Made by a program: the position numbers and the translations under genes. A DNA stretch of 64,000 bases from Trichoplax adhaerens. Taxonomy: Eukaryota > Animalia > Placozoa. This document shows positions 41,568 to 56,400 of this stretch, piece by piece (position 1 is the stretch's first letter; the number at the start of each line of letters is the position of its first letter). The stretch lies in assembly GCF_000150275.1 (NCBI RefSeq), contig NW_002060954.1, forward strand, positions 1,674,001-1,738,000, in the 5' to 3' direction. The notes beneath the pieces are model-generated. The model saw only the letters and a program-made list of their open reading frames with translations. It was not told the DNA's origin and ran no database searches.

Positions 41568-43470
41568 GATTTATTAGTAAAATAGCAATATTTTAAAATC
41601 CTGGTAATTGAAACTACTTTTTACCCAAATAGACCAGTGAAATCAAAGCAACTATGAGATCTTTATTAAAAATATTAGCTTATCTTATAGCAACTTCATT
41701 ATAGAGTTTCAATATTATGCAAAGACTACGGGGCTATCTCGATACGATATTAAGAAATTTGCTGTAAAACAATATTTATTAAACCAATTCATTAATTGCT
41801 TTATAATTAAAACAATAAATTTTAGTTCTAAATACAAAGGAAGTGAGTCAAAAATTATGCACAATATGCAGAATTAGTTAAATGAGGCTGAGAGAAATGA
41901 TGTTTATAATTAATTGAAGATATAGCAGCAATTTACCATTCCGCTTAGGACCTATATTATTCCATAAACTTGCTATAGCAAATGTTTATAATAGGAAGAA
42001 TTTCAAGCTGGAATTTTGGCAATCCAAAGTTGATTCGATACTGTTTTAGGATAAAGACCTTAGAGAAAGAGATATATTATACGGTTATAAGTACATTTTA
42101 TACTACCATTGGCTATATGATTTTTCGGTTATTATTTCCCGAGCACGTGTATAGCTATCTCTATCTAATAGTTCATTAGTCATGTTCTCTATTGCACGTG
42201 TTTCTTTCAGTACTAATGTTAAACGTTCTTGGAGATGTTAATTGACATACGTTATTATCATACTTAGAGAAAACTATGAAAGACATAAGTAATTAATTAA
42301 AGGAGAAAAATGACGAGGTATGATTATAGACTACTGCACTCTATTGTAGCTGGAAAAAAATAAAGAATATACTTATTAGTTGATAGATGCCAACTTGTAC
42401 CTGATTTCCAATGGTTCAGTCTAGATATATGAGCAAGTATTATAAATAAATGAGTTTTGCTAGTGTAAGAGCATGGCATGTTAACAATTGACTAATAGTT
42501 TCTTTCATTCATGTATGGTCTAATGCAAATGTCCATATTTCATAATTTAGAGATTACAGCAGCTTGACTAGTATGATATTGAAGTCTATTATAAACGTTC
42601 GTTAGAACTAAGTAATATTTGTTTTTAAGATCTTACTCACGCTCTCAATAGAGTCTATTTGCACTATTTTTTAATGTAGAAGTAATTTATTGATAGTTTC
42701 TATAGAGAAATAAAATATAAAATGTATCTATACTGTAATAGTCAGCCAAAGGGAAATAGCGTTAGAATTTTAAAATACTTCGTACAAATTCACAGTGATT
42801 CGAATTTAATATCATCAAGTCGTTTCTATTTCAATTAAAAAACATTAGTAACATATAAATCTTAAAAATGATGAAAATTCAACTTTTTAATCGAGGAGAT
42901 CTATTCAGACTAAATTTGTAAGTAAACTTAAGCAATATTCCATTTTAAATCATAACAAAAAATTCCCAAAGCTCGTTTCAATTCCAAGATATTGTTAAAT
43001 TCGGTAATTAATATCTATTATAACCGCAGAATAAACAGAAGAACAGAATATTAAGTAAACAAAATGAGAGAGAGAATAGATTAACTTTCCGACAGTTTGC
43101 ATGACTAATTTATTGTCGATTTTTACAAATTGAGACCTAAATTAGTAAGCTTAATTTATGCTTTCGCTGTAATGTTATCAAACTTGTTTGATAATCAGCA
43201 ATATGCTAACTAGAAATAGCCTAAAGAATTATTGATATACAGATGGATAACATTTTTTATCAATAAATTATTAATTAAGTCCTAAGACAAATGATACTTC
43301 ATTTTATTGAGAATATCGATAAGTAATCTCATGATAGACAAGAACAATGATAATTCCAAAGAGCATTGTTAGTATGTGATCTACCAAGTAATTAAGATAC
43401 TACTTCAGGCGAGTAGAGCGCAATAAAATACGTATTGAATCTATTCTAGTTACAATATCACAGATACTAG

Positions 43471-46400
43471 ATGGTTATGGCTAAATTACTTGACTTAGTG
43501 GTTATTGGCGTACTTTTTCTTATGTCCGGTACAATATGGACAGGTAAGCATGTACTTTATTAAAGAATTCGATATTAATAAAGTCTAAGAATACTAACTG
43601 TAAAGGTGTGCTGCTAGTACTTTTTAAATCGAATTTCCGTCATTTATTATGGTTTATCGATGTTTTAGTCGATTTCTAGCAAATTCTGTTCTCGTATTTT
43701 ATCGTTATGCTTCCTTAATAGAGAACTATGTTGTTTGAGTTAATTTAACAACCTCTGACGACCCCGATTAGTAATAGTAGCCATAATATTTACTTTAATA
43801 GTCAAATGATCATTGTAGTCTTGATCTGATATTGGCTGAATTGGTGAACATTTTTAACAGATTCGTAATATTTTGATAATTTATCTTTATTAACTAGCAA
43901 TTCCTTCTCAGATCTTGATTTATTTCATTTTTATTCTACGCGAACTAACGAAATTAACTAATATCAGTACATCCTTTGTTCTTGTTTTATGAATGAAATG
44001 GCAGTCTTTGATGAGCATCATCAAGCTTTCTTAGCAGAATATCAGAATGTTTTGACGCTCTAATCTTAATTTAAAGTTTCTATTAAATACTACTTTTGTT
44101 TCAAGTTAAGTCTAAGAAATAAAAATGAGCTATTAAGATAGCGTATAGTATACAATATTTTCGTAAACTAATCAGATAGACAGAAAATACCAATTAAGCC
44201 GTATTGTAGATGTGTCTTGCTGTTAAAAGTATAATTTTAATTACTATACTTCTATAGCATCTTATACATATCACTGTCTTGCTTGTATGGCAGATATAGA
44301 CGAAATTCCATTTAAGAATTTCGAAAGATTAAATCAAATCGAGGCATTCTTAGTCTTTTAATTATGAGGATTAATTGAAGAAATTTATTACCGGTGTTGC
44401 ACAGATTGATTATGGTGCAATCATGATTAGAACCGTTAATTTTGATACGACCGCAATTTAAGCTTTAAAAGCAATAATGATTGCTCCTATCATTAGCAGA
44501 CAAATCATAATCTAAATTTATCAAATAGAGTCGTAGTTGAATGCTAGTCTCGCTCTGTCATTGGAATAATATATCATAAGGATTAATTAAGCTATTCTAT
44601 ATTGTTTACCGGCAGTATTTTATCTGAGATTAGCTATGATATCAACTATTTCTCAAATGCGATATAAGAGTTGAATGATTTAAACAGTATCTTTTAAAAT
44701 TATGATAGCCAAGCATTGTTAGTTACCGATTACAATGAACAGCTTGCAGTTTCTTAATAAGCAAGGAGTAAATTGTTCTGATCCTATTTAACTTATGGAC
44801 AATTTTCGTAATCGATGTTGCTACTCCAGCGATACTTTTATGTTCAATTCTTACATCTATGTCAGCACTGGTAATCTATCTGAATTCTCAATCCTTTAAA
44901 TAGAAGACCATCACATCATTATATGAATGTCGTTTACATTACTACAATTCTTAAACCTTTCAGTCAAGAATTACATCTGAATTGCTATTTTAACTTGCAT
45001 AGAAAGTGTATCTCATAGTCGTTCTGGCAGTTCCGAGAATTTTGCAGCATTCTCTATACAAGACATAGAAGTGTTTATCGGGCTAGAAAAAAAGATTTCT
45101 AGTCAATTGCACCAATACTTGATTAAGAAGGAAGAAAATTTACAGAAAATGGAAGCTATCTTAGCATCCGTTCGCTATCAACAAGAGCATCAGATCGTAA
45201 AATATGAAGATCAACCACGCTATCCTATCGCTGCTTACACTTTGCTTAAACGATTTATTCACGATTGGTCTAGTATTACAAAATTAATGACTCATCAACT
45301 TGGTCAAGGTATGTCTATTGTTGAAGTAGCCCCTTATTTTATTTTTGGTGGTATTTCTAAGATGTACGGTAGTAATCTTAATTAAAATATTTTTAACACA
45401 ATGATACTATACGCATATGATTAATATTTTGCTAAGCAGCTTTAATATTTTGGATTACATCTTCTTTTGTTATCCTTAGTAAAATAGCTAAGCTATATTT
45501 TATCTAATCAAGAAATTTCTACGTTAGAATATTTTAAAATTAAAATCTTGAATAAGTGTAAATATATATTTCTATCTAACGGTTTACCATTCTGGTATTC
45601 CTAACATACAGTTAAGCGGCATATTCTTAAGTTAGGCATTTATTAGTACAATTATATTATGGATTGGAAACTTTTTGAGTATATTTAGTGCATTTGACTA
45701 TTTATAGGTTGAGTATTCCTAGTACTTAAGAAGTGCGTTTTTTCAATCAATAAGTATTTTTTCTATACTACGGCAGTAACAGGTTAAAGTCTTACGATTC
45801 TGCTTTCACTGATTTTTAATATCAAATATTAAAGATTTTATTAGGAATTTAAGAAGAAGAGAAACGATTTTACCCACAGTAGTAGATTGGGATTATACCA
45901 TTAAATCGATCTTACGCCTTCAAACTACGTATAATTTAACAGCGAAGGATTTAGCTGACGGTAAAATACAGGGAACAAAAGATTTAGGAATCCAATTAAA
46001 TTGGTTCGATTGTACCATGATTGCTAATGCTGCTAATGAAGAGCGAGGCTTTGGCAATGCTTATGATTGGGCTAAGCTGGCACTGAAACTATCAGAGAAT
46101 GCAACTGATATGACAAATGATGTTAGGAAAGAAATAATAAGATCTTTATCGACTAATGCTTTTCAGGTTAGATGTAGAGTAAAATTTCTTTTAATAGCTT
46201 TCAACAATATGTCTTGATCAATTGAATATACTCATATTATCAAAATTTAATCAACAAAAAATTGCAATTCCGATGGACTTACATCTATAAATGAGCATAG
46301 TTCTAGCTAGATTATAATTATAATCAGATATATGTGTATGGTTGAACTCCAGAAAGATATCAAATTAGAGCAAAATAAAACAAAGTTACGGGTATCTTGT

Positions 46401-49400
46401 TATAATACTATAGTAATAAAACATCAATTTCTGCATTGAGCCAGTAACAACGATGTTTTATGCTATGTTTCATAATTATTTGTTTTCTAGTATAGTTTTT
46501 TATTTAAAATAGGAAGGCAGAGTTAATTCAAATTGTAACAGAGTTATCGTATGATTACTTATCATTATAACACATAGATTGGTAGGACCAAGGAAGCGAT
46601 AGGTTATATCCAGGAACTCTTAAAATTGGGTAATATAATCAATCTATTAAGACGAATAGAAGGATTAAAAATCAAGATTCTTTTACTGCTCCATTTTATA
46701 ATGTTAATGATTCGATTTGTTGCTTAATACTAAAATGGATGTATATGGGTATTGATTCTCAGATCCTAATGATACCTCTGCAAAAGATGGTTACGAAAAA
46801 CTAAAAAGTGCTTTAGCAGAAGAAGCTACCAATGTTCTAAAGAATGGACCTAATCACTTCCAAGATTATGTAAAGAGATTAGGAAGAGCTGATTCTACGC
46901 GACGTCTTGCAGAAAACACCGAATTCGGCAACCTATGTCGTGGAAATGTTAAAGAGGTCAACTATATACTTTGTTCAATTCTGTATCATTTTCTATTCTA
47001 AAACTCTATCTTCATCGAAGCATTTCTAGATGCTTTTAAGTTTCTTTTATCTACTACATGCAAACATTAACCTAAACGTAACTTGCGGTAAAAACAGTTG
47101 TTTAAGTGTCTACAACTATTCTACGTCATTCTATAACGTTAGTAAACAAATTATAAGATAGTCATCGATAGTTAGCTTACTGATATTAACTTTTATTCAG
47201 GTTTATGAACTAGATATAAATAAACTCTCGCTATGCAGCTAAATTTCTTATCTTTTAAAAATAGGAATTTCAAGTCAGGCTGGCTAATAAGACTTTAAAA
47301 TGCTACTATTCCAATCAATCGCCTCTTTTGTATCTAGCTCCAATTCCAGTTGAAGAAATTTCTCTTGATCCCTTCATCGTTATTTATTATGACATTATTA
47401 ACGACCATCAAATAGAAACGATAAAAAAAATCTCTCGTAAAAAGGTATGATAGAAGAACCGTGGTAAATTCGACACCCAAATCTACGATTAAAATTAAAA
47501 GATGAAAATTTCGTATATTATGTAATTAATTGAGGCAAAGTTACCGATATAATATGTGCTTAGATGAAAGCAGCTGGTTTGCATAAAGATGATCCTAATG
47601 ATCGCATTAAAGTTAACGCAACCGTCCGTTTCGCAAAACAGTAGGTATTTTTATCAATTAATACTGATGTGCTGCATAGAATTATATGATGTAATTGTTA
47701 CAATTCTCCTTTGTAACTAGAAAACAGGTCTTAAACACTACTTTCAGGGACATATCGTAGTTGAACTAACTCTCAACTATACAAATAAGCTACTAATAAG
47801 TAATAGGTTTAAATACTTTACTTTATTTACGTTAATCTTAGCCGTAAAATGTACTAAAGAAAAACGTAAGAATATTCTTAGCAATAGCAGTCAAGTGATC
47901 CTGCAAGTGACTAAATGGAACTGAGTAGCTAAGCTAGTGCTCAGCTTTTTATAGTCTCGGCATACGCCGATGGCGCACTTGTGAATATTCTTGACATAGC
48001 GACTTCCACTGTATAATATACACATATTCTAGTATAGGAGTTCAGTTAAAAGAAGTTAACAATTAACATTAAATTAATTAATAGGCCAATTAGAGCCTTA
48101 AGGCTCCGCAAAGTAATTGCACCTTACACTTAAGGTGTTATTAATTTATGTTTACCGACACGTCAACAGAATTGGACTTTCTGATACTTTGGCAATAACA
48201 AGTACTTATTAATAAACATTAATATCTAATAAGCTACTGGAGCTAACAAAAATTTAAATGAGATATTTTAATTAACATAGCAATTAATTTGAGAGCATGG
48301 CTCCGTAACAGCAATATATAATCCAAAGCTAATTTATTGCGCCTGTCCAATCGTCAAATAATTATTATTACGTTTATATATATGCAAACCAAATCTTCTA
48401 TTTTTGATTTCATACGTATTTAAGAAATTGCTCTAATAATATATTTTGGATTATTGTCGGACATTTGTGAGTTATTAGTAATCATCATAGCATGCAAAAA
48501 ATCGGTGGATCCAAATAGAATTAAAACTAATAGCACATGTTAAAAAATAGGAGTGCAACACATGCGTTTTACTATTAAAGGCTATTTCAATTTTAGCGTA
48601 ATTCCATTATATGATTAATCAATATTATTGACTTCGAAATTAATGCTTGGCATGTATTAAACTTAGTGCTTGGTTAGATGAAAACATCAGTGAAGTTACT
48701 AAAAGCCTATCCCGAATGGCTCAAGCCGTCACTGGCTTGAATATTAAATACTCAGAACACTTACAAGTAAAAAAATCATTTTAAATACGGATTAACTTGA
48801 AAAGTTTTCAATTTTGCGTTATAATTCTACTCTATTCTACTCTATAAAATCGAACTTAGGTAGCTAATTACGGCATAGGTGGCCATTATTTTCCTCATTA
48901 TGATTATACGGCATTAAAGGTAACTTAATTGGTTTTAATTTATCATATTTTTCTTATCAGTTAATAACCATGAATTAATTTGATATGTAACTTATAGTTT
49001 GGAACTTTGAAACCAAGATTAGCAACATTAATGTATTACGTAAGCTGCTTATCGATATTCGATCTGTATTATAGCCTCCATTCTTGTTTACGTGATGAAA
49101 CTTAGTATAGCATAAAGGAGCTTTACTGCAGGCTCGGTTCAGTTCTTCTACATAGGTTTACTACACTAAAAGTAACTTAAATCTAGCTAGAATCTTTGAT
49201 GCTGTAAAGACGAAAATTAAATAGCCATGCCTATTTGGCATTAACTGATAGCTATTTAATCTTGTAATTTATCTGTTGTAATGCCAATGGAAGAAATGAT
49301 ATTATCATTGTAATAGTTAAGCGATGTAGAAATTGGTGGCGCTACTGTGTTTCCTTTCCTCGGAATTACCGTTCAGCCACGTAAGGTATGATAAAAAATG

Positions 49401-49824
49401 GCCTAAGTTGAAACATTTCAAAGTAGTAATTTATAACTATAGGAATGACCTGATAATATAAAGCTAAAATACAGTAGTAGTAAACTGAAGTAGTATAAAT
49501 ATCTGCACATTCACTAAGGATCAGCTCACTGGTCTAGTAGTATTGCTTATATTATCAATATGCCTAAAATATTTTGCTTAATTTCTAAAGGGAAGTGCAA
49601 TTTACTGGATTAATCTGTATCGTAATGCGACAACACATCATTATCATACTTTCCATGGTGGGTGTCCGGTTTTGATTGGATCTAAATGGAGTAAGTGAAA
49701 ATTGCATTTTTTATTGATACTAATGTTTCTAATGGAAGGATCGAATTTTGTAGTTGCTAATAGGTGGATTAATGCTAATGGCCAAGAATTGCGATATCCT
49801 TGTAGCCTTAATTCGCACGAATAG
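43471..49824 (+). CDS. P4HA: Prolyl 4-hydroxylase alpha subunit, divergent copy D (13 coding exons)
   Basis: Exons 43471-43543, 45003-45308, 45835-46166, 46578-46629, 46763-46956, 47265-47444, 47564-47640, 48667-48766, 48860-48919, 48998-49039, 49317-49385, 49591-49690, 49754-49824. Motifs VANYGIGGHYFPHYD, PRLATLMYYLSDVEIGGATVFP, FHGGCPVLIGSKWIANRW. Confidence 0.92.
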
Positions 49825-52800
49825 ATTAGGGTTTAAGCAGTGTATTTTACTTATTAATTGTAGCAAAAATTATCGTTCTATCATCAAAGTCTTGGTATAT
49901 AATTTAGTATTAATGATAATTTTAATTAATATCATATTTATGTTAGAGAGTGAAATAAACTTAGAAAACATTAATAAATGATGAGCGTATTCCAATCTGA
50001 ATTTACAGTATATTCAATTCCAATGTAATCATAACCGTAATAACATACAGTTCGATTCGGGCATAATAAAGTAAATATTATATTTAGAGCTCATTTTATT
50101 GCGATTAAGTGATTTGTCCGCAGTTTATGCTGGCATTACAATGACTCTCGCTAGGTTAATTTACTTGATAAGTTGATAGTATAAACTGTATTTAAGAAAG
50201 AATTTGAAATTAGTTATAGTCGATGCAATATTTCGCTACAACTGATACTCAATTAAACAACACCAATGCACTGATCATCGGAAAGTTATAAAATTGCACA
50301 ATCAATACTTCTGTCTTATATATTCGTATGTATTTTACTTCCTAAAGGATACAATGGTTTTACCGATTAAAGTATATAATGAGGCCCAACTTGTATTTGT
50401 ATTATTAAATTGTAAATAAATTAACTACCGTAATACATAGAATTCAAATGCTGCGATTAGAAGCTATTATTCGGTAAAGATAAACTACCTTGGTAAAATA
50501 GATCGAGTAAGACGAGATGGAACCATCCTTAATGATTCTAAACCAAAATAAAATTGATCTCATCGGCTCAATTAGTAGAGTCTTTGTTAATTACTGATTA
50601 ATTTATATATGTTTTGTTATACATTTTTCTACTCGCATTTGACTTATTAAGCTATAAATAAGTTACTAATTACACATATATACTTGCATTATAACTAATG
50701 TATTATATAAAATTTTGAAGCGTTGTGGTCAGAAGCTATTATTCGATTTTAACTAGTACTAGCTAATGCTTAGGAGCATGATACCGTAGGTTAATTCTAA
50801 TATCTGCTTACATTGGGGTGAATATAATCATTTCTACCCAACATAATACTTGCTGTGCTACTATGATTAACATGGTAATAATTTCTTCGCATCGATTAAA
50901 AAATAGGATTATTGACGAAATCTCTCGCTCTATTTCTATCTTCCTTTTTGAAAACTTTATTACAATGATTTTGATAATGAATTCTTTACAATAGTAAAAA
51001 CATTTCATTGCATTTGAAAAGGCACCGCTTAGTTAATGAAAGCCCATTTATATATTAACTAGGCGTGGTTTTACTGCCCTTCCTTCAAACTATAATCATC
51101 ATATAACGACGGTTATCATATCTAGCTACAGTATTTTATCTGCAAGTCAGATGGCGCCTTTCAACAGTCTTAAATATCTTGTTACTTATTTACTATCAAT
51201 ATTCGCTTTCAGTTTTATTTACTAAGCTATCGCAATCTTATATTATTATTATACTGCATTACTTGTTATATATATGAACGTGACCGCATGCGAAGTCGGT
51301 CATTATCTGGCATGATATTTTGCAAAATGCCCGTATAAAAACATTTAATCCTAGTTAATGGTCAGAATTACCAACAAAGAGTGAATAAAAGTACACCTGC
51401 TTCCACCTGCAGCTATTTATAAATTTATCTTTGACTAAACAAAATTTTTAGGGAAACCCTGTTTAATATTGTAATACACCTTACTACCAAGATAAAACCG
51501 GATATCCTTTACTTATTTACTAGATTACTTACGTTTTGCACTTCAAAAATTCTAAACTTTATGAATTAACTCTTAGTTATAAATTGGCAGCTAATAAAGG
51601 TCGATTATCCATGATATATTTAATCTAAAATTAAGTTCAAATACAAAATCTCAAGTAAGTGTTTCCGCCGTTTACATAAATAGATAGAGTAAACATAGCA
51701 GGGAATATTGACTGCCCTACAAATCAGAAACTGATACAAGAATAATTATTAGATGTATTTTCTATCATAATCAATACAGAATGGGATAAAAAATAAATAC
51801 TGATCTCTGTCATTCTACGTATATGTCCAATTCCTGGCACTCTGTCTTAAATGAGTACACCACCGTAGCATACGTTTATCAATTGTAAATGCTTTAGATA
51901 CCGATTAAGCTCAGAAGTAGCATTACATTTATTTAGTAACTTCTTCGTTAAAGCAGAAAGCAGATGTAATAGAATCTCGAAATAAACCTCTACTATCTGT
52001 AAATCTAATCTGATAGGTTCGTAGTCTAATCTATTCTTGATACCCAGGTAAAGTGCATCATATCTACCTATTAAATATTGGTTCCATCTAAATGTTCTAT
52101 TATGAGTAGTGGATATTATAAAAACACTAAAGCTGAAAGAAAAATATGTAGAATCTTCTATGAAATTACTATTGTCTTTAAATTTGATTCTATCGTCGTC
52201 TTTCTTTATTCAACTATTGCTATCTCCATATCCTATACAAATATAATCTACCCATTAAATATTAATTGTTTGCTAATTCATTGGAAATTCTAATTGATAC
52301 TTTATTCTGTTTTAGGATTTTGAACTTGCTGTTAATCAGTATTGTCTAAACTGATGAATGTAACTGTCACAAACCAGCTTCATGACAAGGATAGCGTAAA
52401 ATAAATCTCTAAATCTCTAAAAATCTGCGGATTCAGTATTCCTACTCACAAGAATTTAGACGCCTTTAATTCTACGTTAAACTCAACTAGACAATTGAGA
52501 ACTACTTTATTCAACTATTTGACGGGCTTATATACCCTTCTACAGCAGCTAATATTCATGAGTCATCGTATAAAAATACTTAGGTGAGAACATCTAGTAA
52601 CTAATTTTTCACAGTCGGACTACAACATGTCCATTCACAGAATCATTTCAATGCACATTACAGCACAGCATTAAATTTACTGTAACACATTTATAATTAG
52701 AGTAATTCCTATTGTAAGTAACTAGTTGTAATATATTATCACTATATTATATTCACCAAATTTAGATAGCTATTTCTTCACGGTAGTTCGTACCGTGACA

Positions 52801-53449
52801 GTAACTCATCAATCTCAACACTTCTGCCAATTTATAGCTGTAAAAGACATAAAGAAACAGCACTTTAGTACTTGTTAACGATTTATATAATTTTCTATCT
52901 TGCAGAATCCTTACTGAAGCAGCTCAATTGGGATAAAATCGATGTGCTAAGAACCGAAACCATTTAATAGTATATAATACGTTGTTCATTCTTGGTAGTC
53001 TTTTGATTTTTGTTAATTTTTCATTCGTACATAATTACCAATAAGCAAGAAAAGATCTAAAAATTAACTTTAACTCTTTTAATTCCTATCGTTTACTGGC
53101 TAAAGCGCTATATATGAAATTAGAAACACTAAGATGCCCTTGAAAGCCTGTCCAAAGAATTTATTTACTGTTTGTCTTTTAATGACGAGTTTGGCGACTT
53201 TTATAAGTTCGTATTTTAGCTGGCTCATACTGTTAGTTCTTTGCAGGATATGGTAGGATAGATAGGTTTATTCTAGGTTATACTTAGATTTTAGTCAGTA
53301 ACATAGATGATAATTAATTTTTATAGTATAGATGTAAAATTCGGTTTACTTGATGCAGTGATGTTTAATAACCTTACAAAAATTCTTGACCTTAGCAATA
53401 CTGATTTTCTTAGTTTATGCTGATGCTATTGCATTGCCATGACATTTAG

Positions 53450-56400
53450 ATATCATGCACCCAGTGAATGCTGATTTGGTGTTTGCTGTTAGCACAATCC
53501 AAGATATCATTTTGCTTGAAAAAGTGTTGTATGAGAATTTGCGTAGTTATATCCGATTGGAAAAGAAAAGAATTGCTGAGATTGAAGATCTACTAGTTAC
53601 TTATGATAATGATAACTTGCAAAATTATCTTATGGATAAGCAAGATCCGTATCGAAATCCAATCAGCTATTTTCTCCTCATAAAACGATGGTATACTGTT
53701 AGCAATCGACTTAATCTTGCAAGAATAGCTCAACAATCAAAAACAAGTATGTACCGTTACATATTAATATGTAGAATATCTAATTTATAAAACTTTTGTC
53801 CCCATTCTTTAATACCATGGATAATTCGTATTAGTGCATATTTTTACTTTAGGTAACCTATAATAATTTAGACTCAAAAATGTATTCGTTCTTGCCATCT
53901 TGTGCCCTTAAATTTAAAAATAATTTCGTAATACTGAATTGAATTCACTTCTAGATTATGATGCAACGTAACTTAGATTACCAACTTTGTTTATCCTTGT
54001 TAAGTCTCGTCATATTACTTTCATGGGTGAGAAGATCATTGACATAGTGTGGGACTGATTAATGTAACCAATGATAAATTTATAAATCATTACTTCTTGT
54101 CATTTAAATACTATAAATGATATACCTAAAGCTTTTTTGAGTTAATTAATGGCTTTATAATTTATAACTCATCTAGTTACTATTATCCTGAAGATATCCT
54201 ATAGATGATCTAAATAAGTACTTTATTATGCATTAATACACTTTAGGTTATTATAAGTAAGACGATTTAAGAGTTAAGATATGACATTAGGTTTACAAGC
54301 CATCAGTATATGTCATTTGTAAGCCACAAAGAATATAATTGTATGTATAAAACGGTACTAGATTGAATAGTTTCTGAAATATTTTCAACATTGCTATAGA
54401 ATTTCTAGAGCTTATAAATCAATACAAAGACATTTTTCCTACGGATCAAGATAGAAACGATACCGTTAAATCAATTTTAAGGTTGCAAGCCATCTATAAC
54501 ATTAGTGAATCACAGTTTATAACTGGTAATATTGGAGGAAGGAACGGATTAGGTGCAACTTTAGACGTCCATGATTGCATCATTATAATACAATATGCAA
54601 TTCATGGTAAAAGTTATTATCAAGCATTCAATTGGGCTAAAGCAGCTCTTAACCAACTTGATATGCAAATGAAAATTGATCAAGTCCAGTATATAGAGCT
54701 TAAGAAAAAACTGATAGAATATCTATCCATTACGGCTTATAAAGTTAGAACCGATAGTGAAAGCGAAGAAATACGAACTGCTAATTTTTATTAATTTCTA
54801 AAATTGATTTAATTTTAATTTTTACGAGTCCAAGTACTTTCTGTTGTACAGGCTGGAAAAATTGAAGAAGCGGTTAAATGGAGCAAAAAAGGATTGCATT
54901 TAGGTAATTTTGAAGCAGTCGCGGTCTTTGTTACCACCACAGCTGTATATGAGCCATTTAGATAATGAATTTAACAGATTCGGTTAAAAAGATCGAAAAA
55001 ATTGATTATTATCATTACTTAGATCCCAAGAATATCTCCAAACAGCAAAGAGATCTTGTATATCAGCAAGCGTTACTGAATAAGACCAAAACTAATAACA
55101 TACCAATAAATCGGCAAAAAAGCGATCCTTCTAGTTCCAATACAGCCTCTAAATCCAATAAATCACCTAATCATGCCATGCTATGTAGCGGAATTAAATC
55201 TGAAGCAACCCAGGTGAGGTTATCAAAGCTTAAGCTCTAGTTATATTTATAGTTTGATTTAATTTTTTGTAAATAAATGTACATCTATTACCTTATTTCC
55301 AATTCCTAAAATTTTAGTTTTGTATAAATAAAAGATGTGAACTGAGCGTATACATCAGAATATTAACTATCTTATGACACTGGTTACAGAAAAATGATTC
55401 AGTTAAACGAGAAAAATTAAGATGTTATTACTACAACCAATCACCTTTATTTTATCTTGCACCTGTGGCAACCGAAGAAATTAGTCTTGATCCCTTTATA
55501 GTTATTTATTATCATGTTATAAATGATCTTGACATAGAAATATTGAAAGAAATTGCAGCTACTCAGGTTTGACGCTAATTTTTCTAAATAAGATATCGGA
55601 AATTCGATTCTCTGGAATAAAAACAAGATAGCAGACTAATAGCCTAGTTATGTTTTCATTTTCTCCAATGTTAAAATCTATCAGTTAGATGTAGCAAGAA
55701 TTCAACGCCAGGGCTTTCAAGGAGATTCCGAAATTGATAGTAGCAAGAGATTGGCCAAATTGTGAGTGATAAATGGCTTATTCAGTTTGTATTATTTTAA
55801 TCTAGAATTGAGACATCTTGTTAGAATTATGGTATTCCAAAGTGGTCTACATTTATAACTTATCAAGCTATTGTGTTCAATAATCATCGTCTTTTAATAT
55901 ATTGTACCGTTTATTGTAATAGCCTAAATTTCAAATGCTTAGCAGTTATAACATAATCTGCTCGATTACTATCTAGTATAAGTCTTAAAGTATATATATC
56001 TTAGGTTCTCTTAAGATATATTTATTCAAATGCACATAGAATTATTTGTAATGTAGGCTACTACTTATCTATACTGTAATTGTTTGCAAATATGCTTGTT
56101 TGCAGTAATGAATATTTTTAAATTGTACCTGTCTCACGGTTGATCTAATGGCTTCCCATTAGCGTCGTTAGCTATATCTATATGTGATTGCAGCATTCGA
56201 TATTTTTAATATTAGCCTAGTGAATAATTTTTAATACGAAAGATGGGGATCGATCGAGCTGCGTTTGAGTAATCATCTTCGATTATTTTCAATTACAGTA
56301 AATGATATGTTTGATAAAATATATTATCAAAATGATTATCCATTGGACAATTTATGTTATTATTCTCTTAATGGTCACTTTAAAGTATGTTTTGCACTAC

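Noticed and set aside
51013-51164. Imperfect inverted ends (ttgaaaaggcacc / ggcgcctttcaa) suggesting a ~150-bp MITE
   Set aside because: Short, mismatched, no target-site duplication and no second copy seen.
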